From contig CAVPSB010000026.1 in assembly GCA_963708025.1 (NCBI GenBank), positions 1 through 64,000 of the forward strand: a DNA stretch of 64,000 nucleotides. Direction: 5' to 3'. The translations under genes and the position numbers were made by a program. This document shows positions 39,200-49,766 of the stretch, piece by piece. The notes beneath the pieces were generated by a model. The model was not told where the DNA came from. It ran no database searches and saw nothing but the letters and a program-made list of their open reading frames with translations. Every line of letters begins with the position of its first letter. Position 1 is the first letter of the stretch. This DNA comes from an uncultured Candidatus Rokubacteria bacterium (lineage in GTDB: Bacteria > Methylomirabilota > Methylomirabilia > Rokubacteriales > DASRDR01).

Positions 39200-41482
39200 A
39201 TGCCCATCGACGAACGCGAGAAGCGCAAGCGCAACCTCGTCGTCATCGCCGTCGTCCTGTTCCTCCTGGTCACGGCGACGGCGGTCGAGGTCGGCATCAA
39301 GGCCCCCGAGCTGCCGATCGCCTCCAACGTCGTCGTCATCGCCCTCTTCAACCTGAACCTCATCGTCTTCCTGCTGCTCCTGGTCCTGCTCTTCCGCAAC
39401 CTGGTCAAGCTCTCCTTCGAGCGGCGGCACAAGATCCTCGGCTCCAAGTTCAAGACGAAGCTCGTCGTCGCCTTCCTCTCGCTGGCGCTGGCCCCCTCGA
39501 TCCTGATCTTCCTGATCGCCTCCAACCTCATCAACACCTCGATCGAGGGCTGGTTCAAGCTCCAGGTGGAGCGACCGCTCGACCAGTCCATGCGGGTCGC
39601 CCAGACGTTCTACGAGCGGATGCAGGACGTCGCCCTCCGGCATGGCCAGCACATCGCCGCCGTCCTCGCGCGCGACCGCCTGCTGAGCGAGGAGAAGCGG
39701 GAGAAGCTGATCGAGTTCCTGCAGTACCAGCAGGAGCAGTACCGGCTGGCGGGGATCACGGTGTACTCGGCGGGCGGCCAGGAGGTGGTCCACGTCAAGG
39801 ATCCGGTCCTCGCCCCCTCCATCACGACCGCGATCAACATGGAGCAGGTGCGCATGGCCCTGGCCGGGCGGGAGCTCTCCACCCGCCACGAGATCGCCAA
39901 TGGCGATCTGATCCAGGGCATGATTCCCGTGGTCGTCTCGCCGCAGGACAACCGGGTGGTGGGCACGGTGGTGGTCGCCATCCACGTGCCCCAGCGCCTG
40001 GAGTCCCAGGTGCGGGGCATCTCCCAGGCGTTCCAGGAGTACAAGCAGCTCAAGCTCCTCAAGCAGCCGATCAAGGGCATCTACATCCTCCTCTTCCTCC
40101 TCATGACCCTGATCATCGTCTTCTCGGTCACCTGGTTCGGCCTCTACCTGGCCAAGGGCATCACGGTGCCGATCCAGCGGCTGGCCGAGGGAACCCGCGA
40201 GGTCGCCGCTGGCAACCTCGACTACCGGGTCACCGTGGAGGCCGACGACGAGGTCGGCATCCTGGTCACGTCGTTCAACAAGATGACCGAGGACCTGGCT
40301 TCGTCGAAGACCCAGCTCGAGCACGCCTACACCGGACTCCAGGCCAAGCACGCCGAGCTGATCGAGCGCCGCCGTTACACGGAGACGATCCTGGAAGCGG
40401 TGGCGACCGGCGTCGTCTCCGCCGACGCCGCCGGGCTCGTCACCACGGTCAACCGGGCGGCGGCCCAGATGCTCGGGCTCGATTCGCCGGCGGCCGTCGG
40501 CCGCCACTACGCCGAGGTCCTGGCCGGGGAGCCGTACCGGGACCTGGTCGTGCTGATGCAGCGGATGGACCGGCTGCGCGACGGGACCCTGGAGCGGCAG
40601 ATCACCGTCGCCCGGGACGGCGGCCGGCTCACGCTCCTGACGAGCCTGACCGCGCTCCAGGGGCCGGAGCAGGAGTACCTGGGGAGCGTGCTGGTCTTCG
40701 ACGACCTCACCGCGCTCCTCTCGGCCCAGCGGCTGGCGGCCTGGCGGGAGGTGGCGCAGCGGATCGCCCACGAGATCAAGAACCCGCTGACGCCGATCCA
40801 GCTCTCCGCCCAGCGCCTGCGCCGCCGTCTGGCCGGGCGCCTGGCCGACGACGGCGGCGTGTTGGAAGAGTGCACCGGCACCATCATCGGCGAGGTCGAG
40901 GGGCTCCGGCGGCTCGTGGACGAGTTCTCGCGCTTCGCGCGCATGCCGAGCCTGGCCCCCAAGCCCACCGACCTCCACCGGCTCCTGGACGGAGCGGTCG
41001 CCCTCTACGGCGAGACGCACCCGGAGGTGACCCTCCGCACGGCATTCGCGCCGGACCTCCCGGTGCTGGAGGCGGACGGGGATCAGCTCAAGCGGGCCCT
41101 CCTGAACCTCCTCGACAACGCCGTGGAGGCCGGCGCCACCCACGTCCACCTCGGCACCCGCTGGGACCGCGGCGCCGGGCGGGTCGAGATCGTCGTGGCC
41201 GACGACGGGCCGGGGATCGCGCCCGAGGTGCGCGACAAGCTCTTCCTGCCCTACTTCTCGACGAAGACCGCCGGGATGGGCCTGGGGCTCCCCATCGTGC
41301 ACCAGATCGTGACCGACCACGGCGGCCACATCCGTGTCGAGGACAACCGGCCGAAGGGCAGCCGGTTCGTGATCGACCTCCCGGTGATCCGGCCGGGGAA
41401 CGGGGCCGGCGAGCCGGCCGGACCCCGCGCGCCCTTGACGGCCGAGGTCACTCCCACGCCGCGCCCGGCGACGCCGGCCTAG
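39200..41482 (+). CDS. ntrY: NtrY-like sensor histidine kinase (HAMP, PAS)
   Basis: SIEGWF, HAMP, AWREVAQRIAHEIKNPLTPIQLSA, NLLDNA, DDGPG, GMGLGL. Confidence 0.88.
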   Translation: MPIDEREKRKRNLVVIAVVLFLLVTATAVEVGIKAPELPIASNVVVIALFNLNLIVFLLLLVLLFRNLVKLSFERRHKILGSKFKTKLVVAFLSLALAPSILIFLIASNLINTSIEGWFKLQVERPLDQSMRVAQTFYERMQDVALRHGQHIAAVLARDRLLSEEKREKLIEFLQYQQEQYRLAGITVYSAGGQEVVHVKDPVLAPSITTAINMEQVRMALAGRELSTRHEIANGDLIQGMIPVVVSPQDNRVVGTVVVAIHVPQRLESQVRGISQAFQEYKQLKLLKQPIKGIYILLFLLMTLIIVFSVTWFGLYLAKGITVPIQRLAEGTREVAAGNLDYRVTVEADDEVGILVTSFNKMTEDLASSKTQLEHAYTGLQAKHAELIERRRYTETILEAVATGVVSADAAGLVTTVNRAAAQMLGLDSPAAVGRHYAEVLAGEPYRDLVVLMQRMDRLRDGTLERQITVARDGGRLTLLTSLTALQGPEQEYLGSVLVFDDLTALLSAQRLAAWREVAQRIAHEIKNPLTPIQLSAQRLRRRLAGRLADDGGVLEECTGTIIGEVEGLRRLVDEFSRFARMPSLAPKPTDLHRLLDGAVALYGETHPEVTLRTAFAPDLPVLEADGDQLKRALLNLLDNAVEAGATHVHLGTRWDRGAGRVEIVVADDGPGIAPEVRDKLFLPYFSTKTAGMGLGLPIVHQIVTDHGGHIRVEDNRPKGSRFVIDLPVIRPGNGAGEPAGPRAPLTAEVTPTPRPATPA

Positions 41483-41500
41483 CCGGCGGCGAGGTCAGCG

Positions 41501-42882
<1,382 letters not shown>

Positions 42883-42883
<1 letters not shown>

Positions 42884-44514
42884 TGCGTGAGACGGTGTGG
42901 CCGGCGGCGCTCGGTCGCCGAGGGGTCGTCGCCTCGCCTCATCCGCTCGCCACGATGGCCGGGCTCCAGGCGATGCTGCGCGGCGGCACCGCGGTCGACG
43001 CCGCGGTGGCGGCCGGGGCGACGATCGCCGTCGTCTATCCCCACATGACGGGGCTCGGCGGCGACAGCTTCTGGCTCAGCTGGGACGCGCGCCGCCGCCG
43101 CTTGCGGGGGCTCGCCGCCTGTGGGGCGGCGGCCGCGCTCGCCACGCCCGAGCTCTACCGGGCCCACGGCCTGGAGGCGATCCCCACCCGCGGGCCGCTC
43201 GCCGCGATCACGGTCCCGGGCGCGGTGGACGGCCTGTGGGAGGCGCACGCCTGGAGCCGCGCCGAGCTGGGCTCGCCGCTGGGGTGGGGCGACCTGCTCG
43301 GGGACGCCATCCGCCACGCGGCCGAGGGCATCGCCGTCTCGCCGTGCCAGGCCCGTGTGACGGCGCGCGCCGCGGATTTGCTGGCCCGCTCGATGGAGCC
43401 GCCGTTCCGCGCGCTCGGGCAGACGTACCTCGTGGACGGGGCGGCCCCCGCCCCCGGCGCCCGCCTCGTCCAGCCGGATCTGGCCCGCACGCTCGAGCGC
43501 CTCGCCCGGGACGGCGGGCGCGCGTTCTACGAGGGCGAGCTGGCCGGCGCGCTCGGCCGGGCCTGCGAGGCGGCCGGGAGCCCGCTCCGCGCCGCCGACC
43601 TGGCGGCGCACCGATCGCGCTGGGTGACCCCGCTCACCGTGCCGTATCGCGGGGGCGTCGCCGCCTCGCTGCCGCCGCCGTGCCAGGGGATGGCCCTGCT
43701 GGCGATCCTCGGCATGCTGGACGCCGCCGACGTGGTCGGCTGCGGGTCGGACTCCGCCGACTACGTGCACCTCGTCGTCGAGGCCACCAAGCTCGCGTTC
43801 GGCGACCGCGACCGCTGGCTCGCCGATCCCGAGGTGGTGGACGTCCCGGTGGCGCGCCTGCTCGATCCCGGCTACCTCCACGCGCGGGTCAAGCAGATCC
43901 GCGTCGACGCGGCCGCGCCGGCGCCGGTCCCATCGGGGCTCGGCGACACGATCGCCTGCGTCGCGGCCGACGGGGCCGGCAACGCGGTCTCGCTGATCCA
44001 GAGCCTCTACCACGAGTGGGGCTCGGGCGTGGTCGCCGGGGAGACCGGCGTGGTCCTCCAGAACCGCGGGTCGTTCTTCAGCCTCGACCCCGCGCATCCC
44101 AACGGGCTGGCGCCGGGCAAGCGGCCGTTCCACACGCTGACCCCGTTCATGTGGCTCGCCGGCGAGCGGCCGGCCCTGGTCGCGGGGACCATGGGCGGCG
44201 AGGGGCAGCCCCAGACGCTGGCCGCGGTCACGACCCGCGTCCTCGACTTCGGCCTCGACGTCCAGGCCGCGGTCGAGGCGCCGCGCTGGGTCTACGGTCG
44301 GACATGGGGGACGCCGACGCGGGCGCTCTCCCTCGAGGGCCGCTTCGACGCCCGCGTCGCTGACACGCTCCGGGACCGCGGCCACGACGTGCGGGTCCTC
44401 GACCCCTGGAGCGACACGATGGGGCACGCGCAGGCCATCGCCTGGGACGGCGCCCGTGGCCTGTGGGTCGGCGGCGGCGATCCCCGGGCCGATGGTCCCG
44501 CGCTCGGCGCCTGA
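42883..44514 (+). CDS. Gamma-glutamyltransferase family protein (HpxW oxamate amidohydrolase-like)
   Basis: GGTAVDAA, GLGGDSF, GDT nucleophile, LQNRG, KRPFHTL, GTMGGEGQPQT, DPRADG. Confidence 0.85.
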
Positions 44515-44532
44515 GGGCGTGTGTGAAGCAAT

Positions 44533-44641
44533 CGGTTCCTCCGGCCCCCTCCGGTGGGTGGGGGAGGGGGCCAAAGGCCGAAGGCCGTCGCCAAAGGCCG
44601 GAGGCCGTCCGAAGGATCGGGTGGGAGGGAGGTCCCGAACT
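44533..44641 (+). repeat. Family A repeat with two GGCC-GNA-GGCC hairpins
   Basis: GGCCGAAGGCC and GGCCGGAGGCC; ends GGGAGGTCCCGAAC immediately before the next ATG. Confidence 0.75.
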
Positions 44642-44642
44642 G

Positions 44643-45566
44643 ATGCGGACGCTCCAGGCGACGGTGGTCGGCGCCGAGGCGGCTCGGCGACTGGGCCGGG
44701 CCGCGGGGTCCGGTCGCGTCCACTCGACCTTCGCTCGGACCGTCAACGTGACGCTCGACGGGCTCGGGGATGCCGGCTGGGTGAGCCTCCACGGTCCGGG
44801 GCCGCTCCCGGCACCCTTCGGGATCGCGTGCGTGGGACCGCTCGTCGGGCCCGCTCTGCCCGGAGCGCCGGTGCGGGTCGAGCCCGAGGGGCTGGTGGTG
44901 GACGGCGTTCTCCGCTGCCGGCTCGACGGCGCCGGCGTCTGCGACACCGGGCTGCCGGCGGCGGCGCCGCGTCCCGCGATTGCGGTCGGCCCGGGCGCGG
45001 CCGGCGACCGGGGCCTCGCGGCGGTGGCGACGGCGATCCTGGCCGGCGCGCCGCCCCCCACCGATCCGCTCGGTCGGCTCGCCGCTCCGGCCCTCGCCGC
45101 GCTCCACGCCGGCACCGCGCGCGGCGATGCGGCGGGCTCCCTGGCCGCTGCGACCGCGCTGCTCGGGCTCGGCCCCGGGCTGACGCCGTCGGGCGACGAC
45201 TGCCTCGTGGGCTGGCTGGCCGGATTGTGGGTGGGCGGCGCGCAGGGCCGAGCGCTGCTGGCCGCGACCGCGCCGGCCCTGCTCGCCGCGGCGCGCGAGC
45301 GGACCGGCGACCTGGGCCGGGCGTTCCTCGTGGCCGCCGCCGCCGGCCAGGTGGCGGAGCCCGTCCGTGACTTCGTGGTGACTCCGAGCCCGTCGCGCCT
45401 GGCGGGGCTCCTGGCCCTCGGCGCCACGTCGGGCGGCGATCTCCTCGCCGGCTACTGCCTCACACGCGCAGCGCTCGCTCGGGGGGTCCGGAACGAGTCC
45501 GGCTTCCGGTTCCCCCCTCCCCCCGGTGGGTGGGGGAGGGGGGTTAGGGGGGTGGGCGGGAGGTGA
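44643..45566 (+). CDS. DUF2877 protein (YlbF/AllH- or YahE-like)
   Basis: VHSTFARTVN, LLGLGPGLTPSGDD, LGATSGGD. Confidence 0.82.
   Translation: MRTLQATVVGAEAARRLGRAAGSGRVHSTFARTVNVTLDGLGDAGWVSLHGPGPLPAPFGIACVGPLVGPALPGAPVRVEPEGLVVDGVLRCRLDGAGVCDTGLPAAAPRPAIAVGPGAAGDRGLAAVATAILAGAPPPTDPLGRLAAPALAALHAGTARGDAAGSLAAATALLGLGPGLTPSGDDCLVGWLAGLWVGGAQGRALLAATAPALLAAARERTGDLGRAFLVAAAAGQVAEPVRDFVVTPSPSRLAGLLALGATSGGDLLAGYCLTRAALARGVRNESGFRFPPPPGGWGRGVRGVGGR
45501..45563 (+). repeat. Family A repeat, short form, within the DUF2877 3' end
   Basis: CCCCCTCCCC..GGGGAGGGGG-TTAGGGGGGTGGGCGGGAGGT running into the fdrA GTG. Confidence 0.7.
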
Positions 45567-47114
45567 TCGTAATCCGGGCCGTCGTGCGCCCATCCTTCTA
45601 CCAGGACTCGGTCGCGCTCCTGCGTGTCGCCCAGGAGCTGCGCGGCCTCCCCGGCGTCCGGGAGGCGGCGGCGCTCATGGGGACCCCGGCCAATCACGCG
45701 CTGCTCGAAGCGGCCGGCCTCGGGACGCCCGACACGAAGCCCGCCGGTCCCGGCGACCTGATCCTGGCGATCCAGGCGGAGAGCGATGCCGCGGCCGAGG
45801 CCGCTCTCGCCGCCGCGGATCGGCGCTTCGCGGCGCGGCGGCGGACGCTGGAGGCGGCCGTCCGCGTGCTGCCCCGCACGCTGGACTCGGCGTTGCGGCA
45901 CCTCCCGGACGCGAGCCTCGCCGCCATCTCGGTGCCGGGCGCCTACGCCACCGCCGAGGCCCGCCGCGCGCTGAAGCAGGGGCTCCATGTCTTCCTCTTC
46001 AGCGACAACGTGCCGCTCGTCGACGAGGTCGCGCTCAAGCGCCTGGCGGTCGAGCGACGGCTCCTCTGCATGGGGCCCGACTGCGGGACGGCCTACCTGG
46101 GCGGCGTCGGCCTTGGCTTCGCCAACGTGGTGCCCCGCGGCCGAATCGGCTGCGTGGCGGCTTCGGGGACCGGGCTCCAGGCGGTGGCGTGCCACCTGGC
46201 CGCGCTCGGCGAGGGGCTCTCTCACGGCATCGGGGTCGGCGGGCGCGACCTCACGGCCGAGGTGGGCGGGCTCATGACGACCTTCGCCCTCGAGGCGCTC
46301 GCCCGCGACCCGGCGACGGCGCTGGTCGTGCTGATCTCCAAGCCGCCGGCCTCCGCGGTGCTGCCGGCCATCGAGGCCGTGCTCGCGGGGCTCGGCAAGC
46401 CGGCGGTGGTCTGTGCCCTGGGCGCCCCGCCGCGGGAGGCCAAGTCCGTCCGCTGGGTGGCGACGCTGGAGGACGCGGCGGAGGCGGCCGTCGCCACGCT
46501 GCGAGGAGGCGCCTGGTTGCCGCGATCGTTCAGTGATCCGGCTGGGGTGCAGGCCCGGGTGGCCGGCGTCTCCGTCCGCGGCCCGGGGCTCCTCGGCCTC
46601 TACACCGGCGGCACGCTGGCCCACGAAGCGGCCCTCCTGCTCGAGCCGTTCCTCGAGCGGGGCGCCTGGCGCATCGTTCGACCTCGGCGCCGACGAGTTC
46701 ACGGTCGGGCGCCCCCATCCGATGCTCGATCCCGAGGCGCGGGCCGCGCGCGTCCGTGAGGCCAGTGGCGATCTGGCCCTCGGCGTGCTCCTGGTGGACC
46801 TGGTCCTCGGTCGCGCTGCCCATCCCGACCCGGCCGGCCCCCTGGCCGCCGCGATCCGCGACGCCCGCACCGCGGCCGCCGCCGGGCGCGGGCTGACCGT
46901 CGTCGGCTCGGTCGTCGGGACCGAGGGCGATCCCCAGGGGCTCCGCGGCCAGGTCGCCGTGCTCGAGGCCGCCGGCTGCATCGTGTTGCCGTCGAACGCC
47001 CAGGCCGCGCGCTTCGCCACACTCTGTCTCAGGCCCGACCTCGCGCCGTCACTGCTGGGGGCGCTGGCAATCCCGCGGCCGGAGGGCCCGCGCCGCGACG
47101 AGGTGATCCGGTGA
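45563..47114 (+). CDS. fdrA: FdrA/AllF (YahF)-like acyl-CoA synthetase-fold protein; +1 frameshift at ~46677
   Basis: YQDSVAL, MGTPAN, ISVPG, FSDNV, MGPDCGT, ASGTGLQ, GVGGRDL, TGGTL; next frame DLGADEFTVGRPHPMLDP, SVVGTEGDPQ, SNAQAA. Confidence 0.85.
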
Positions 47115-47115
47115 C
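47096..47115 (+). repeat. Left direct repeat flanking the orphan SBP gene
   Basis: CGACGAGGTGATCCGGTGAC; 17/20 identical to 48061-48080. Confidence 0.7.
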
Positions 47116-48079
47116 CCGCCGGGCGCTCCTCCGCGCGATCGCGCTGGCGTGGCTCGGAATCCCCCGGCCGGTCGGCGCGCAGGCGCGGGGGAACGTGGCC
47201 CGGGTGGGGTTCCTCTCGGACGGCGTCGGGCGAAGCGCCGAAGAGGGGCTCCGGCAGGGCCTCCGGGAGCTGGGGTACGTCGAGGGCCGAGACATCGTCA
47301 TCGAGTATCGCGACGCGGAGGAGCGACCCGACCGGCTGCCGCAGCTCGTGAGCGAGCTGCTCCGACTCCCGGTGGACGTGATGCTGACCCTCGGCGGAGC
47401 GGCGACGCGGCTCGCCAAGGAGGCCACCGCGACCGTGCCCATCGTCGCCTCGTCCGGGGTGCTCGCCGAGCTGGTGACGAGCCTCACTCGCCCGGGCGGG
47501 AACGTGACCGGCATCACCCTGCCCCAGGGGCCCGCCGAGATGGGCAAGAAGTGGCTCGAGATCCTCAAGGCGGCGGCACCGGCGGTCTCGAACGTCGGAG
47601 TCCTCTACGCGCCGAGCCGAATGACGCCAGTCGACTGGGAGGCGTACACCGCGATCGCGGAGGCCCTGGACCTCCGCATCCGGCGATTCTCGGCGGGGCG
47701 CCCGGAGGAGCTCGATGGCGTATTCGGCGCGATGCGGCGAGCGGGCGTCGATGCGGTGGTCATGTGGCCGGGGGGCGTGACCGTCTCGCATCGCGCCCGC
47801 GCCGCCCAGCTCGCCCTCGCGCACGGGCTGCCGGCGATCCACGAGCAGCGCTCGTTCGTGACGGCCGGGGGACTCGTCGCGTACGGGGTCAACATCGTCG
47901 AGGTCGGTCGGCGCCTCGCCTACTACGTTGACCGGGTCCTCAAGGGTGCCCGGCCCGGGGACCTGCCCGTCGAGCAGCCGACCAAGTTCGACCTGGCCAT
48001 CAACCTGAAGACCGCCAGGTCGCTCGGGGTGACCGTGCCGCCATCGCTGCTGCAACGGGCCGACGAGATCATCCAGTGA
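47111..48079 (+). CDS. Orphan ABC transporter substrate-binding protein (PF04392-type)
   Basis: TRRALL signal; LRELGYVEGRDIVIEYR; SLTRPGGNVTG; YVDRVLKGARPGDLPVEQPTKFDLAINLKTA; ADEIIQ. Confidence 0.9.
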   Translation: MTRRALLRAIALAWLGIPRPVGAQARGNVARVGFLSDGVGRSAEEGLRQGLRELGYVEGRDIVIEYRDAEERPDRLPQLVSELLRLPVDVMLTLGGAATRLAKEATATVPIVASSGVLAELVTSLTRPGGNVTGITLPQGPAEMGKKWLEILKAAAPAVSNVGVLYAPSRMTPVDWEAYTAIAEALDLRIRRFSAGRPEELDGVFGAMRRAGVDAVVMWPGGVTVSHRARAAQLALAHGLPAIHEQRSFVTAGGLVAYGVNIVEVGRRLAYYVDRVLKGARPGDLPVEQPTKFDLAINLKTARSLGVTVPPSLLQRADEIIQ

Positions 48080-48080
48080 C
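48061..48080 (+). repeat. Right direct repeat (equals the SBP gene 3' end)
   Basis: CGACGAGATCATCCAGTGAC. Confidence 0.7.
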
Positions 48081-48249
48081 GGTGGACGATCTGCTGGCGG
48101 GGTCCCCGCGCGTGATCAACCTGGGACTCGAGGTCTTCGCCCTCGAGCTCCACGCCGCCGGCGTGCCGGTGGTCCACGTGGACTGGCGCCCGCCGGCGGG
48201 CGGCGATCTCCGATTGGCGGCGTTGCTCGCGCAGCTCGATGACGATTAG
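48076..48249 (+). CDS. Stand-alone FdrA C-terminal domain protein (57 aa)
   Basis: Not in the ORF track; VINLGLEVFALEL...VVHVDWRPPAGGD.RLAALL matches the C-terminus of E. coli FdrA. Confidence 0.8.
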   Translation: MTVDDLLAGSPRVINLGLEVFALELHAAGVPVVHVDWRPPAGGDLRLAALLAQLDDD

Positions 48250-48323
48250 ATCTGGAGGGACTCGATGACCCGTGCGCTCGGCTCCGTGACCGCTGTCCAG
48301 CCCACGGCTGATCGAGGAACCTG

Positions 48324-49571
48324 GTGAGCGTGGGAGCGGACGGGGACCTCCTGCCCAGCCCGCGCATTCTGCTGGGCCCCGGGCCGAGCATGGCGGATCC
48401 CCGGGTTCTGCGGGCGCTGGCGACGCCGCTGGTGGGCCAGTTCGATCCCGAGTTCACCGCCGTCATGAACGAGGTGATGGCAATGTCCCGCCTCGCCTTC
48501 CAGACGGAGAATGCCCGGACCTTCCCGGTCTCGGGGACGGGGCGAGCGGGGCTGGAGGCGGCGCTCGTCTCGCTGGTCGAGCCGGGGGACCGCGTGGTGG
48601 TCGCGGAGTGCGGCCGCTTCGGCCTCCTCTTCCAGGAGATCGCGGAGCGCTGCGGCGCCGAGGTCGTCCCGGTGCGGGCCGAGTGGGGCCGCGTCGTCGA
48701 GCCGGACGCCGTCGCCCGGGCGCTCGCCGGCGGCCGGACCAGGCTCGTGGCCGTCGTGCACGGGGAGACGTCGACGGGCGTGCTCCAGCCGCTCCCCGAG
48801 CTGGCCCGGCTGGCCCGGGCCCACGAGGCCCTCCTGGTCGTTGACGCGGTCGTCACGCTCGGCGGCGTGGAGGTGGCGACGGATGCCTGGGGGCTCGACG
48901 TGGTCGTGGCCGGCACCCAGAAGTGCCTGAGCTGCCCGTCGGGACTGGCGCCGCTCACGTACAACACCCGGGCAGAGTCGGTGCTCGCCCGCCGCGGCGG
49001 GAAGGTGCGCTCGAACTACCTGGACCTGGGCCAGCTCGCCGACTACTGGAGCCCGGGGCGTTTCAATCACCACACGGCGCCGACCGCCATGGTCTACGGG
49101 CTGCGCGAGGCGCTGCGGGCCGTGAAGGTCGAGGGCCCGGCGGCCCGCTTCGCGCGCCACCGGCTCCACGGCGACGCGCTGAGGGCCGGGATCGCCGCGC
49201 TCGGGCTCGATCTCTTCGGGTCGGAGCCGCCGGCGCATCGACTCCCGATGCTGACCCCGATCGTCGTGCCGTCGGGCGTGGACGAGCTGCGGGTCCGTCA
49301 GCGGCTGCTCCAGGACTTCGCGATCGAGATCGGCGCGGCGTTCGGACCGCTTCAGGGGAAGATCTGGCGGATCGGGACCATGGGCTACTCGGCCCGGCGG
49401 CCGAACGTCCTCCTGGCCCTGGTGGCGTTCGAGGCCGTGCTGCGCCAGGAGGGCTGGAAGGCCGCGCCGGGCGCCGGCGTCGAGGCCGCGCTCGCCCACT
49501 ACCGGGTGGCCGGCGAGGCCGAGGTCGAAGTGGCGGAGAGCCTGGGGGCGGGCGGCATTGGCCGGTACTGA
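48324..49571 (+). CDS. Class V aminotransferase (PucG ureidoglycine-glyoxylate / alanine-glyoxylate type)
   Basis: LLGPGPS, GQFDPEF, VHGETSTG, GTQKCL, NHHT, IWRIGTMG. Confidence 0.85.
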   Translation: MSVGADGDLLPSPRILLGPGPSMADPRVLRALATPLVGQFDPEFTAVMNEVMAMSRLAFQTENARTFPVSGTGRAGLEAALVSLVEPGDRVVVAECGRFGLLFQEIAERCGAEVVPVRAEWGRVVEPDAVARALAGGRTRLVAVVHGETSTGVLQPLPELARLARAHEALLVVDAVVTLGGVEVATDAWGLDVVVAGTQKCLSCPSGLAPLTYNTRAESVLARRGGKVRSNYLDLGQLADYWSPGRFNHHTAPTAMVYGLREALRAVKVEGPAARFARHRLHGDALRAGIAALGLDLFGSEPPAHRLPMLTPIVVPSGVDELRVRQRLLQDFAIEIGAAFGPLQGKIWRIGTMGYSARRPNVLLALVAFEAVLRQEGWKAAPGAGVEAALAHYRVAGEAEVEVAESLGAGGIGRY

Positions 49572-49662
49572 GAACTTCGGGGTCTCGGAAGACCCCCCGA
49601 CCCCCCCTTCGAGGCCGCGGCCGGAGCCGCGGCTCGAGGCGGAACGCCAGCGGCCGTGTGGC
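49569..49662 (+). repeat. Family B palindromic repeat
   Basis: GGGGTCT-CGGA-AGACCCC and GCCGCGGC..GCCGCGGC; second copy at 54328-54424. Confidence 0.8.
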
Positions 49663-49766
49663 GAGGCGGAGGGCGAGGAGCCGGCGGGCCGCGAGTCGCC
49701 GGGAGGATCGACGCGCTCCGAGCGTCCGGGCGTCAAGGCTGCGAACGCCGGGAGGACCGAGCCACG

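Noticed and set aside
46660-46690. Programmed frameshifting in fdrA or the deaminase
   Set aside because: No slippery sequence; single-base errors are more parsimonious
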